DNA of 64,000 nucleotides from Laetmonice hystrix (taxonomy: Eukaryota). The notes beneath the pieces are model-generated. The model was not told the origin of the DNA. It saw nothing but the letters and a program-made list of their open reading frames with translations, and searched no databases. Shown piece after piece: positions 1-12,793 of this stretch. Position numbers and translations under genes: made by a program. The DNA is taken from the NCBI GenBank assembly GCA_965235115.1, contig OZ249441.1, positions 1,612,001 to 1,676,000 on the forward strand, given 5' to 3'. Numbering within the stretch: the first letter of the stretch is position 1; every line of letters starts with the position of its first letter.

Positions 1-790
1 CTTAGATCACTGCCGCTCCCGCCATGAAACCAGGTTTATATTTGTCTGAGACTCAATCCTTCGCTAACCCTAACTTTCACTCAGCTAACCCTAACAGGGA
101 ACCTTAGATCAATGCCACTCCCGCCATGAAACCAGGTTTATATTTGTCTGAGACTTAATCCTTCGCTAACCCTAACAGGGAACCTTAGATTACTGCCGCT
201 CCCGCCATGAAACCAGGTTTATATTTGTCTGAGATTCAATCCTTTGCTAACCCTAACAGGGAACCTTAGATCACTGCCACTCCCGCCATGAAACCAGGTT
301 TATATTTGTCTGAGACTTAATCCTTCGCTAACCCTAACTTTCACTCAGCTAACCCTAACAGGGAACCTTAGATCACTGCTGCCACATGAAACCAGGTTTA
401 TATTTGTCTGAGACTCAATCCTTTGCTAACCCTAACTTTCACTCAGCTAACCCTAACAGGGAACCTTAGATCACTGCCGCTCCCGCCATGAAACCAGGTT
501 TATATTTGTCTGAGACTCAATCCTTCGCTAACCCTAACAGGGAACCTTAGATCACTGCCGCCACATGAAACCAGGTTTATATTTGTCTGAGACTCAATCC
601 TTCGCTAACCCTAACTTTCACTCAGCTAACCCTAACAGGGAACCTTAGATCACTGCCGCCACCACTCCCGCCATGAAACCAGGTTTATATTTGTCTGAGA
701 CTCAATCCTTCGCTAACCCTAACTTTCAATCAGCTAACCCTAACAGGGAACCTTAGATCACTGCCGCCACATGAAACCAGGTTTATATTT
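1..790. repeat. Minisatellite of 81-108 bp units containing telomere-like CTAACCCTAA motifs (starts before the window)
   Basis: Unit cttagatcactgcc...aaaccaggtttatatttgtctgaga...gctaaccctaac(tttcactcagctaaccctaac)agggaac recurs at about 1, 103, 184, 265, 367, 465, 546, 644, 752. Confidence 0.95.
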
Positions 791-1915
791 CCTAAAGGCA
801 TTCTATAACACATTCAATCATTTTAACACCTAGGTACCGTATGCCTTTAACACACCAAGTTAACTGGCATAGGTAACTTATGGCATTCCGCTCCGTCTGA
901 GACTCCATCCCTCGCTACACTCGTCTGGGAACTACTGACATTAATAAATGTCAGCCTCAACAAGTTATGGACTGTTGACAGATGACATAATGGAAGACAT
1001 GGTCCATGACTTTTAGTAACCTTCCTTGCTAACCGGCATGCCACACGACGAGCGGCCTCTAAACACACCAAATTAATTCCTTAAATCCCCAACATTGATT
1101 GATGGAAGTATCTGTGTATTATTGACAATGTTAGTGGAGATGCTAGGCTAAGATTGAACTAGTTTAATATGATATGATATTCCAACATGTCAGCGGGATG
1201 TAATGATTCCTCACACCTTTGTATGAAGGATTCAATGTTCAATGTCACACATTGCCACAGTTCCCGAGTTCTGTCTTCTAGAGGTACAAAGTGAACAATG
1301 CTTCACATGTTGATATTTTCTTCATCCTACTTAAGTACACATATTGTCAGACAATAGTAACCAGAGAAGTGGATGTCTCTGAATGACTCAATCCAATTGG
1401 CGTTACACTCAACATTTAACTGACTAGTAATTTGTTTAATGTCGAAAAAACCTTCACTAACTTAACCATGAACCTTTTAATTCTAGCCTAACGGTACTTA
1501 ATGAAAGACTGCCCATTGCTCATGGAAATATGAAAATCCAAGTCAGTATTTAGCATTTGTTTATTCTCAGCAAGTTTTTTTTTTCATTTTTCTTACCTGC
1601 CATATCAGACGATTTTAACATGTACTACAAATGCAAATAATTTCTAAGTTAACAAACTTGCAATTTTGAGATAATGTGCCCTTAAAACTAATGACTGACA
1701 CAGTCAGTTATATTTTGAAATTTAATTTTCTCAAAGTCATAGTAGACGCAAATATCCAGGTTTACAGTTAAGTATTGTAAAAAGTATAAATTCAGGTGTC
1801 TGAAATGGCCCTAGTGACAACTATTATCAAACATCCTCCTTTAATGGCCTTGGGCGAGTGCATTAATCACGGAGCTTGTTCTGGAGCCAACGTGAAAACA
1901 ATCTCTGTGATCGAC

Positions 1916-2264
1916 GACTGTGACACTGTCCTGATACTGGGAGATAGATTTATCTTCTGGCCCAGCGTCAACCGGCCTCCAAAACTCTCAACTTTGTCAA
2001 GTTCATCGACGGTAACCCTGTGACACTGTCCTGATACTGGGAGATACACGACTGTGACACTGTCCTGATACTGGGAGATAGACTGTGACACTGTCCTGAT
2101 ACTGGGAGATACACGACTGTGACACTGTCCTGATACTGGGAGATAGACTGTGACACTGTCCTGATACTGGGAGATACACGACTGTGACACTGTCCTGATA
2201 CTGGGAGATAGATTTATCTTCTGGCCCAGCGTCAACCGGCCTCCAAAACTCTCAACTTTGTCAA
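1916..2264. repeat. Nested tandem repeat: about 7 copies of a 31-35 bp unit plus a duplicated 54 bp segment
   Basis: gactgtgacactgtcctgatactgggagata repeated; gatttatctt...tttgtcaa at 1947-2000 and 2211-2264. Confidence 0.92.
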
Positions 2265-3251
2265 CTTCTAACCGATGGCGTTTTCAGTCAATAGGTCATT
2301 ATTTTCCTCACAGTATATTAATGCATCAATACCCAGAGTCGTATTATTACACAGATATATACTTCAGAGCGGTTTATCAAACCTACCGGATTTTGTTGGA
2401 TTTAATAGGAGATTGGAGAAAGTATTACCGGCTTTAGCTGTAACATTGATAGCGTTACTTATTGTTTTTAGTGGATTTATCGTACGGCGGTTATCCTACG
2501 ACAATCCAGAAGCCTAAGTGTACAGCAGAAGGAAGAAGTTGACCTGGTCAACTATATGAAGTTTATTCCAGTTCACTTCCAAGTGTAGTACAAAGTTATA
2601 ACATGAGTATATATAGAGAAGACCAAGGTCAAACTAACCAATGATATACAACATAAAAATGCTAGCTCCCGATTGGCTAAACGGTTCCAACCATCACAGG
2701 GCAGGCCACTTTGGGGATTGTATATTGTTGTTAAAGACACAGTCAAATAAGCTGACACCGGCAGACAGTCTAATGAGCAGTGATTGCTGAGGCAGACATC
2801 CTAGCACTTGAGAGCTGTTTCACAGAGGTGGGAAACAATAGGTGAGAAAACACCTGTATTGAGGGTTCGCTGTGATGAGCGACTCTGCCCCTATGACTGT
2901 ACTACCTTCACTGACAAAACAACTTTCCAAAGGAAAGCTGGGGAACACCATCCAGGGAGAACATATGTCACCCAAGAGATTATATTGTTTGTTAACTTAA
3001 GATGCTGGTAGCAAACAATGAATACAAACTGAACATCTGAGAACGGTGGGTAAATCCTTAATACACCACAACATGGTTGGTAAATGTCTATAATGAACAT
3101 ATAATCTTTCTAGATGTAAATCAGAGGTACATACAACAGAAATAACATAGAAATTGTTTCTTGTTTCTGACATAAGGTGTTTGGCCATCACTTTAGCATA
3201 CATTAATCAGGTACTGTATTATCACGTGAGATTGTAAGAAATTACACCTAC

Positions 3252-3341
3252 TTTGGGTGGCCATTGGGGACTGTATTCGATTCGGACCATCAACTTGTGC
3301 AGAGGGTGGCCTTGGTGGCATTGGGCTACCCGCCTGGTTAC
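3252..3341 (-). CDS. ARID1: ARID1 coding exon 5 (GNQAGSPMPPRPPSAQVDGPNRIQSPMATQ)
   Basis: Acceptor tttatctttgatag, donor gtaggt, 90 nt phase 1-1; resembles vertebrate ARID1A GNQMPPRPPSG. Too short for the ORF track. Confidence 0.85.
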
Positions 3342-3357
3342 CTATCAAAGATAAAAT

Positions 3358-3506
3358 GGTTCACATGAATTCATAATACACATCTACGCTATTCTTCATC
3401 TGAAGACGGTTCACATGAATTCATAATACACATCTACGCTATTCTTCATCTGAAAACGGTTCACATGAATTCATAATACACATCTACGCTATTCTTCATC
3501 TGAAGA
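3358..3506. repeat. Three tandem copies of a 50 bp unit
   Basis: ggttcacatgaattcataatacacatctacgctattcttcatctgaa(g/a)ac at 3358, 3408, 3458. Confidence 0.95.
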
Positions 3507-3887
3507 TCAAAGCTCTTCCTGGTGTAAACTTTATGACTGCCACAGGCGAAATATATCCTCCCAAAATATCAACACGAAAATAAACAGGTTGAAGATTTGT
3601 GACAACCCAGGGATCGCAATACTAAAACTTCTGACTTCAATCAAACAGGCAAGTTTATTTAATTCGACTAGTACATTTTGAATATTTCAGGGAGCGGTAG
3701 TGGTGAGAAGATGGGACTGTTTGTCTTGGTTCATTAAACACGTCTGTCTGGCCGGTCGGCAGTCAGACTCTCGAGCTGGTGTTACCCCTCGACCCCTGGG
3801 ACCACCGGCTCACGGCTCACTCAGACAGTGGAAGTCACCTGTCTGGCCATGTGCCAGCCTCCCTCACTCCTGCCACATGTAGCCATC

Positions 3888-4001
3888 AGCTGGCCAGACG
3901 TGTTGGGGGAGGGGTCTGAGGCCATGAGTCCTCCTGTCCCCAGGCAGCTGGCCAGACGTGTGGGGGGAGGGGTCTGAGGCCATGGCTCCTCCTGTCCCCA
4001 G
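3888..4001. repeat. Tandem duplication of about 59 bp
   Basis: agctggccagacgtg..ggggaggggtctgaggccatg..tcctcctgtcccca at 3888 and 3947. Confidence 0.85.
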
Positions 4002-4012
4002 ACCCTGACAGT

Positions 4013-5045
4013 TACAGATATCTACACCATGACTCTGAATCTTGATATCAACTCGGGCCCTCGGCTCACCTTCTACCGTATCCCACTATACTACTTCACA
4101 CTCACACTGGACAAAGGTCAATATATGTATCATTTCCTGGGGCCTCAGGTCCGGACAGCTACAGATATCTACATCATCTCCATGTCTCTGAATCTTAATA
4201 TCAACTCGGGCCCTCGGCTCACCTTCTGTCGTATCCCACTCCCATATACTACTTCACACTCACACTGGACAAAGGTCAATATGTGTCATTCACACTCACA
4301 CTGGACAAAGGTCAATATGTGTCATTCACACTCACACTGGACAAAGGTCAATATATGTGTGTCATTCACACTCAGACTGGACAAAGGTCAATATGTGTCA
4401 TGCACACTCACACTGGACAAAGGTCAATATGTGTCATTCACACTCAGACTGGACAAAGGTCAATATGTGTCATTCACACTCACACTGGACAAAGGTCAAT
4501 ATATGTGTGTCATTCACACTCAGACTGGACAAAGGTCAATATGTGTCATGCACACTCACACTGGACAAAGGTCAATATGTGTCATTCACACTCACACTGG
4601 ACAAAGGTCAATATGTGTCATTCACACTCACACTGGACAAAGGTCAATATATGTGTCATTCACACTCACACTGGACAAAGGTCAATATATGTGTGTCATT
4701 CACACTCAGACTGGACAAAGGTCAATATGTGTCATTCACACTCACACTGGACAAAGGTCAATATATGTGTCATTCACACTCACACTGGACAAAGGTCAAT
4801 ATATGTGTGTCATTCACACTCAGACTGGACAAAGGTCAATATGTGTCATTCACACTCACACTGGACAAAGGTCAATATATGTGTCATTCACACTCACACT
4901 GGACAAAGGTCAATATATGTGTGTCATTCACACTCAGACTGGACAAAGGTCAATATGTGTCATTCACACTCACACTGGACAAAGGTCAATATATGTGTCA
5001 TTCACACTCACACTGGACAAACGTCAATATATCATTTCCTGGGGC
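4013..5045. repeat. About 153 bp duplication whose second copy carries an expanded 33-37 bp minisatellite
   Basis: acagatatctac...gggccctcggctcaccttct...tcatttcctggggcc twice; cacactcacactggacaaaggtcaatat(at)gtgtcatt repeated about 4250-5030; produces the three overlapping repeat ORFs. Confidence 0.95.
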
Positions 5046-5335
5046 CGTAGTAAAGAATGGGTTCTATAATAATGTCTGGGTCACTTACTTAGAAATTACA
5101 CTATTACATTATATTCTAATAGCAGAATGGCTTGTTACCCAGCACTTCACTTCCTTCTTTGTATCAACATTTTAAATTTAACAGCTGTATACAAAAATCC
5201 TTCTTTTCAGCAATTCCTTTCTGGTTCAGATCTTAGCAAGACTCTTCTCCACATGAAAGCTCAGACTGAAGATATTAATGATCTGTCTTCTAAAGCTAGT
5301 ATCATTCAATGCTACCATCTTCATTAGCAACAAAC

Positions 5336-5505
5336 CCAGGAATCATTTCCCCTAAACCCTCTCGTAAACTGACATGATGAACTGTGTGAGGAAGTACCTG
5401 TGTACCGGTGGTGACTTACCTGTGACCCAGGAATCATTTCCCCCTAAACCCTCTCGTAAACTGACATGATGAAGAAACTGTGTGAGGAAGTGACCTACCT
5501 GTGAC
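5336..5505 (-). repeat. Tandem duplication containing the ARID1 exon 4 donor site
   Basis: cccaggaatcatttccc..taaaccctctcgtaaactgacatgatgaa at 5336 and 5426; gtgac(t/c)tacctgtgac at 5411 and 5490. Confidence 0.9.
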
Positions 5506-5676
5506 TGAGGCGGGTGTATTAGAACGAGATCCTGCCGAACCGACGGGTGATGGTGTTGGGCGGAGGGCTGACACCGCTGGGTGTTGAGGGCCCTGAGACG
5601 TGGGCGTGGTGCGCGAGTTACCACTACTCCCTACGTCACCACCATTTTCATCTGTACTATTGTTGGAAACAGAATC
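5499..5676 (-). CDS. ARID1: ARID1 coding exon 4 (DSVSNN...RPTPSPVGSAGSRSNTPASVT)
   Basis: Acceptor tgttttgcag, donor ACAG|gtaggt, 178 nt phase 0-1; conserved PSPVGS motif. Confidence 0.88.
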
Positions 5677-8600
5677 CTGCAAAACATAAAGATAAATCTA
5701 ATTAAATTTACTTTTCAATATGAAATCTTGCTTCATATCATATCATTGTATATCTATCTTTTCTATGCAGTGGTTTCATATGTCCTTACATAATTACATA
5801 ATTACATAATTAAAGTTAACTGATCAATTACAACCTTGGGATCTTTTCACTTCAGAAACCAAACTTGTTATGTACAATGTAACACGTGAAAATTTCTGAC
5901 CTGGCATTTCTAACTATTTCAAACCGATATAATAGAGCCAGGCAGTATGTAGGAGACATGAGCATATGGTACACAAACGGATGCCAGACCACTGCGAGTT
6001 TACCTCGTCAGTGCCGGACTGCCTTCAATATTTGATGATCCACTTCTGTATCAACTACAGAACCCCCTTCTGGTGACCCAGCATAATCTAGTGACCATCA
6101 CCCAGCTTAGTGTCTGGGCTCAAAGACGACAACCATTCCCTGGGGCCGGCCAGGCTGGCCAGGGTACGGAGGCTGTGAGACTGGAGCCCTAATTGGCTCT
6201 GGGTGATCAAACAGGTCGTGGGATGAGCACAATGGTAGATCGATAGGTGTCACAATGGTTGCCCTGGGCCCCTGCCCCCTCACAGTGCCACTCACAGACT
6301 GCCCCGGTTCTACCCCCACTTGACTCGGCAGCGCCATGCAGTGCGCACCCACAATTACCTCTCAATCCATCATGTGGCTGTCAATAAACAGAACATCTTA
6401 CACCAGACCAGACAGGCTGCACTCTCCGACAAAAGGTTCGATCAATGATCACTACTACCTGTTGCTCACACCATGACGCCCATAATGTGATGGAATGTCA
6501 AGATGATAGCGATCATCCGGGATCATCCAGGTCTCCGCCTTATCTAATCCCCCCTCCCCCTGCCGTACTGCCACCCACATACCTCAATAACATGACTAGA
6601 GAATACCAAGAGAACTACAGTATCTGGATTGCCTTTAAGAACGTGATATCAATACAGTATATTAATATTGAACATACATTTCAGATGGATCGAGATTTAA
6701 ATGACCCCAGAAACCTTGACAACATGGAGTTTATCTGACAAAATGTCCTTGAAGACATCGTCAAGGAGGGTCATTCCTTTACGACTAATAAAATATCGAG
6801 TGAGAGAATTCACTTGTTCACGACAACCCAATGGATCGTAACCTTACGGTAATAAATCATTATTCTCCTCAGGCAATAATTAAAGCAAACATCAGGCAGA
6901 ACAATCCGTGCACAAGTTTTTGTTCACAATACCAGATTGATAGTGAATACCGTGCTGAGGATAAGACTAACAGATAAAGTAACTAAGAATTATACTCCCA
7001 TTATCATTGGCCAACTATTGCTATACCCAGTATGAAAACAAAGTTCTCATTGAAGATATACCTGTATACATGTATATATAATATCACACCGAATCAGGTA
7101 ATCCATTGTCAAATTCCAATGTCATCATTGCGATTACACTTGTTAATCAGTCGGCTAATTTATGGCCACTAAATACAGGCAATTATCCCATAAATACCCT
7201 TCAAACCGAAAGCACAGCCACTGTATGCAAATCAAATATTTTATAATAGCTAGGCCTACATTAGAACCATCCACTGGGGGAAAACAAATATTCAAATCTT
7301 TACACTCCCTCGGGCATCAAACAGATAAATCTTCTAGGTTATCAATTTATCGTTTTCACTTCTTAGGTGAACGCATTCATTACAAAAGGTTTCAATCGCT
7401 GATCGGTACACACAGTATCTGCTAACAATGAACCACTACTACCAGTCAGTATTTGCTCAGATCTTGGCCAGGCATTCTACACGATCACAAACATGATCTG
7501 TGATGACCATTACTATAATATCGTTTGGCAGGTAGATATGTAACTTTAATACATACAGGAGGTTCACTTCTCAAACTTCCTTCCCGATGGTAAATAATAT
7601 CCACAATGAGACAATGGTATGAGACAATGGTACAATACAAGAATGATTGTACCCGGCCCTCAATTACACAAACACTGCATGTCTCCCATGAACAGCAAAA
7701 TCATCAGTGTCTAACTCATCAGAATCAGATCGTTTGGGGTATTTTCTTAAAGGTAAAAAAGACTGATTCAGTGCTTTATAAATCAAAGCGATATCATGCT
7801 TTCAGACTGTTCTATTCAAGTACAATATTTTGCACTGCAATCGTAAATAAATTGTATTCTACATCCAAATCATATTAAGTGACAGTGTTATTTGTTTTTC
7901 CCCCGAATGGTCTAATAATATCCAAACTGAAACAGTTTAATGGAAAGACCCAACACGAGCCACTTGGCATTCAGCTCTGGCAGCAGCCCACACAATGCTG
8001 GGTTGTCATGGAAACAAGAGACCAAGCTGCCCTACCAATCCTTTTCTTGAAGTCAACAAAATGGACCCATCAAAACGCGGCCCTGATGGATACGTTTAAA
8101 AGGCGACATAACAAGTATCTGTCCATCTACTACAGGTATAGTCCTTGACGACCGACTGCCTTGTACCCTGACGACGGGTAGCCCAGCCCTTGTACACTGA
8201 GGACGCCAAGCCAAGCCAAGCCAGAGACTGGCATACTTCACTTCTACTGCTGTCAGCAAAACATTGATTACCAAGCGTACGCTATGACTAGACTACCGAT
8301 CTGTGTGACATCAACAGCAGTATATATCAACGTGACAATCTACAACTTTTCACGCCCCTACAAGGGCGTGAAATGGTGAAAAACTTGTGTTACTCTACCT
8401 CTGTTAACCGGCTTCCCTCCACAAACCTCCATGTCTAAGCCTGTCTGCCGGGCGGCATACATATGCAAATGTCTGAATATTTAATATCCAGCAATCATAA
8501 ACTCAACTATTCCCAGTTAAACCCGCTTTCCAAATTCGATGATGACATTGTCTTTACCCAATGAGCATCTCAGTCTAGCTGTGTCCCTTCAGCCTGCTGA

Positions 8601-11600
8601 GGAGCACCGAGTCCCCAAAGCTGCTGGACTATCTAAACAAAGGCCAGTCTGAATGAGTGAGCCCGTGCCAGTCAACAATGCTGGCACCCCACTTCATACA
8701 AAGGCCCCTATTTATTTTCTGCTTCGCATGCTTCCCACTAGGTCCTAAAAGGAAATAGATAAAACTTGAGCGTTCTTTACCCGTCAACTGCCTGCATCTT
8801 TTCCTCTCCATCCTCCTGTCAAAAAGGCTGCAATGCTACAACTTTGATCTAGTCGGCCTGGCTGAGTCATGTGTGTACTGGGTGCTGCCGAGCGCTGGGC
8901 TTGGCTCTCGCATGGCCCAGCACTGCCACACAGCCCAGCCCAGCGCACCACAGCCAGTGCTGGCTATAAAACCCGGCCAGCACACTTTCTAAATATAACC
9001 TACTTGCAAGCTACCACCACAAGTGCATAAACTAGTGGGGAAACCCTAGCGGAGCCCCATGTAGGTCAGGCGGGAATGATGCTCTCACGCTGGCCAGTCT
9101 TACCTTAGTGGCTGCAGGACTGGGGCCTCATCACTGTTATCATTGGGCCGTGTTGACTTGAAAGTTTAAGTTCTGCACCTGGGGGACGGAGCACATGGCC
9201 CGGTCCATACATAATGGCTCCCCCAGTCTACTGTTTCACAGGTCAATTGAAATGGGATATCTGAGTGGCTGTCGCCCCTAGCTACATGTGGAGCCTCTCT
9301 GGGCCGTATGAATGTTCGGCTACAAAATATACTTTGAACGAACTTATGAAATTCATTTATCTGGGGCGTGTTTCTTTCTGCTGGTTCAGGGCCCGTTTCT
9401 GATATAATGGCTCCACGTACTGGCACATGAAAAACTGGCTGGCATAATTTACATATGCCATTCTTGAATGAATAAGCAATAAGGGACAATACAATCGGTC
9501 CCATTTATCAAACACATGTCAACTATGGGTCGCAGGCTCCCAGCCTGGCCAAAGTGGATAGAATACATACGACATATGTCAGCAGAAATATGCTTTTCGG
9601 CCATGTATTTTCTCCTACAAAAATACTTTCATAATTCAAGCATGTTTTTCTTGTTACTTGAAAACTTCTTTTAAGGTTGCTTCGCTAATTAAATTCGGTT
9701 CTTACACACGCTATTATTGTTCACCCTTTCCTTGAGCCGGCACACATAATGGTTTATTTATAAGAGGCCGAGGTTTGCATTTGCATAAAGTAGTTCCGGC
9801 TGTCAGGCTAATGGCAGGCTACAAAGGCCACTGGCTCAGGCAGTTCAAGTGAGTGCCCAGGTCGCTTTGAGACTGACAGTCGTGTATTCTGGAACTTGCC
9901 GCTCCACCGGCCTGCTTATACATAGACACAAAGAATAGAGTCCGTTCTATGTGCCATACACCTACTCCAGCCGACAGCAGAAAAAAACTCATTCCACAGT
10001 GGTACCATTTCTACTTTACACTGTGGGAGATAGCTCCTGGACTATTTTCTAGCAGCCCTATCACGCCTGGCACATCTCGTGTAATATAAGGCTTTTGCCT
10101 CAGCAAAATCAAGTCCGCCTGCCAGCTTTTGCATAGCAGTAATGCGGCAGAAATAAAATCAATACACAGCACGCACCAGTGCTGCATAGAGTATACCTTG
10201 GCCCGCGGAGCCGGGGGCCCTGATGGGAGATTCACAACGGCTCTTTTTGTACAAATTCATGTTGTTTTTCACGAGATCTAATGATGAAGGCAATTTTTCA
10301 TTGCTGCTTTGAAGTGCCCAATGCATCCGTTATTTAGGTCCCTTTCATGTTGGAAAAAATTAAAGTTCTCCATTACCTGTCAACTTCCCGAGAGCCAAAT
10401 ATTACGCAGAAAATGGGGAGCGTGTTCAGTGACAGCAGCGCCCCCAAGAGCAATCTAGGTGATATGCAGCAGGCGGTGGCGGACGGACGCCCGGCTTGGC
10501 CGGCTGTCTGTCTGCTGGATAACTGGCAGGCTGAAAACTTTGCCATTCAGTGGGGGTGCTCCAGCGACAGATAAGCTTTATTACAAAGCCAGCTGAACCA
10601 AAACTTTACAAGTATACAGTTCACAAGGACCGGAGACTGCTAGGAAATATCTGACCGTGCATTTACACTGGAAAAACAATTTCATGACCCCTTTTTAAAA
10701 ATTTGCAGAGTAAATTTGGGAGCACTTTGCAATATTGCCTGCTGCTGACATGGCAGTACAAACGAAAATTAATGTCACTATAAATTAGGGTTTAACTGAT
10801 ATTATTAGCTGCAGTAACCGAGGTAATCGTTGCCCAGCAGTGAATATTTCATACTCTCATACTTTCACATATTTTTATTTCCACTGTACTACATAACAAA
10901 GTGACTAAGTGTGCAATAAGTTAAATTCAATGGACTGTTTGTATCAATGAAAGGACGATGATTGTGGATGCAGAAAAAAAACGGGCCTTCTCTTGTAACA
11001 TCATATCATCTCCAACATGTGAATATATTACAGCTCTCTACAAACCAATCAGCAAAAAAAATATTGTCATTGCCTCTCAGTTATAACTCAGAAATTTAAT
11101 TTCATACCAGACCCCCCCCCCCCCTCCTGCCCCCGCCCCTTCCAGGAAAAAAAACCTCAAACTATAGCCATAATTTCACAGTGTTACAGAAATTTCACGA
11201 TTTTAGCTGTTTTACCAGGCCCTATTTTTTTTATCATTGTGTCCTCTATTAAACCTTCCCTTATGCCCCATGCAGGGCACATATAAAATTCATCATACAT
11301 GGCTACTAAAATTCCCCTTAAATATTTTCTCAGTGGCTTTGCACTGATAATATTGACCGTAGCTCTCTCCATGGTTTCATGCCATTATTTTATTCCACTT
11401 ATCCGAACACATAAGATTCTATAGCAAAATTACCTTTCCGCCCCTCAACAAATTCACAAAAAAATTATCTATATGCAACTTGCCAATGTTGATGGGCATA
11501 AATTACCGGGCAGTGCCTAATTGATTTTGAGAAAATGGAAACGTGGAGATGATTGATCACCAGTTACTTTGACTCAATATCTGCGGCGGTGGTGGCGGTA

Positions 11601-12678
11601 GTGGCAACGACTCACAGTGGCTGCAGTCGTCGGCTGCCTGCCTGCCTGCCTGCCTGCCGAGCCGGACCACAGCTGCGCGCGGTATCTCGGCAGCCTTGCA
11701 CACCGCCCACCCGCCCGCTCCACTTTGTGCCGCCTTGCCAGAGGAGACCGGCGCACAGCCGCCTGAGTTAGCGACAGCAGTGCAGACCCATACAACTCGG
11801 ATATCGGCCATGCATCATGCTTTGGTTCAAGGTACAAGTCCTTTGAGGAATGGCCCAATCGTAGGATGCATCAAAACTGAGGGGCACTAGGTGCACCCTA
11901 CTGCTGTCACAACCTCCTAAACTCAACCTATAGACCCCAAAAAATACCCCCCACTTCTCACCACGATATATTATCATACATTAAAACAGCCGCCTGCCTA
12001 GCAACCTGAGAGTGAAGCCAGGCTGTCTACGGTCCACGAACAACTGGTTCGGTACACCAACTATCTAAAACACACCATACTATAATACATATCACAACTT
12101 AGCTTGTACCAACAGAATTCATTATTATACGAAAAATTCGATTGATCACTATGCCATTATAAAAACAAATGCATTTAATCCAGTCTCCTAAATTCCTGAT
12201 GTTATTAGTGAAATTTGCCAATCAAAGGCACCCCTCCCTCTTTTTATTCCGGATACATTTTTTAATCTGGATTGTAACTTTCCGTTTGAGTGTTTTCTAA
12301 GGGAATCTAGAATGACCAGTCACTGTGTGCTGAGGTTGTGGAACACACAAACGTAATTACAGCAAGATTCTGTCACAGTGGACACCTTGCTTCCATTCAG
12401 CACCAGCCCCCTTTTACGTTTCTCCTGGGCCCTTTTAGATGTCAATCCCCTAAAGGTTCTCTTGGCCTCTCTGGCCAGCCCGTCCGAGATGGCATGACAA
12501 AAACAGGCGGTCGGAGATTGTTCCAAAATGCACCAATCAAGAGTAATGCCAACGAGGGACAATACACTAAATGCTTGCGAGTAAAGTAAGTGTGGCTGGA
12601 TGGTTGACTGGCCGCGAGTGGAAGCCAACATGTGGGACTGTCACGGTGCCCGACCGCCCCCAGCCCCCTCCCGACCCA

Positions 12679-12793
12679 ACCGTCCTCCACCTCCCGCCCT
12701 CCCGGCCTCCCGCCCCGCCGGCCCCCGGCACACCCGACCGTCCTCCACCTCCCGCCCTCCCGGCCTCCCGCCCCGCCGGCCCCCGGCACACCC
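12679..12793. repeat. GC-rich tandem duplication of about 57 bp
   Basis: ccgtcctccacctcccgccctcccggcctcccgccccgccggcccccggcacaccc twice. Confidence 0.9.

Noticed and set aside
4029-5175. Long ORFs of 255-346 aa (and the repeat ORFs at 30280-31090 and 51033-52884) as real proteins
   Set aside because: They are translations of tandem repeats inside introns, open in several frames, with no domain features.
8348-8373. 10 bp GC-rich hairpin TTTCACGCCC/GGGCGTGAAA as a Helitron 3' end
   Set aside because: No CTRR terminus at the expected distance on either strand.
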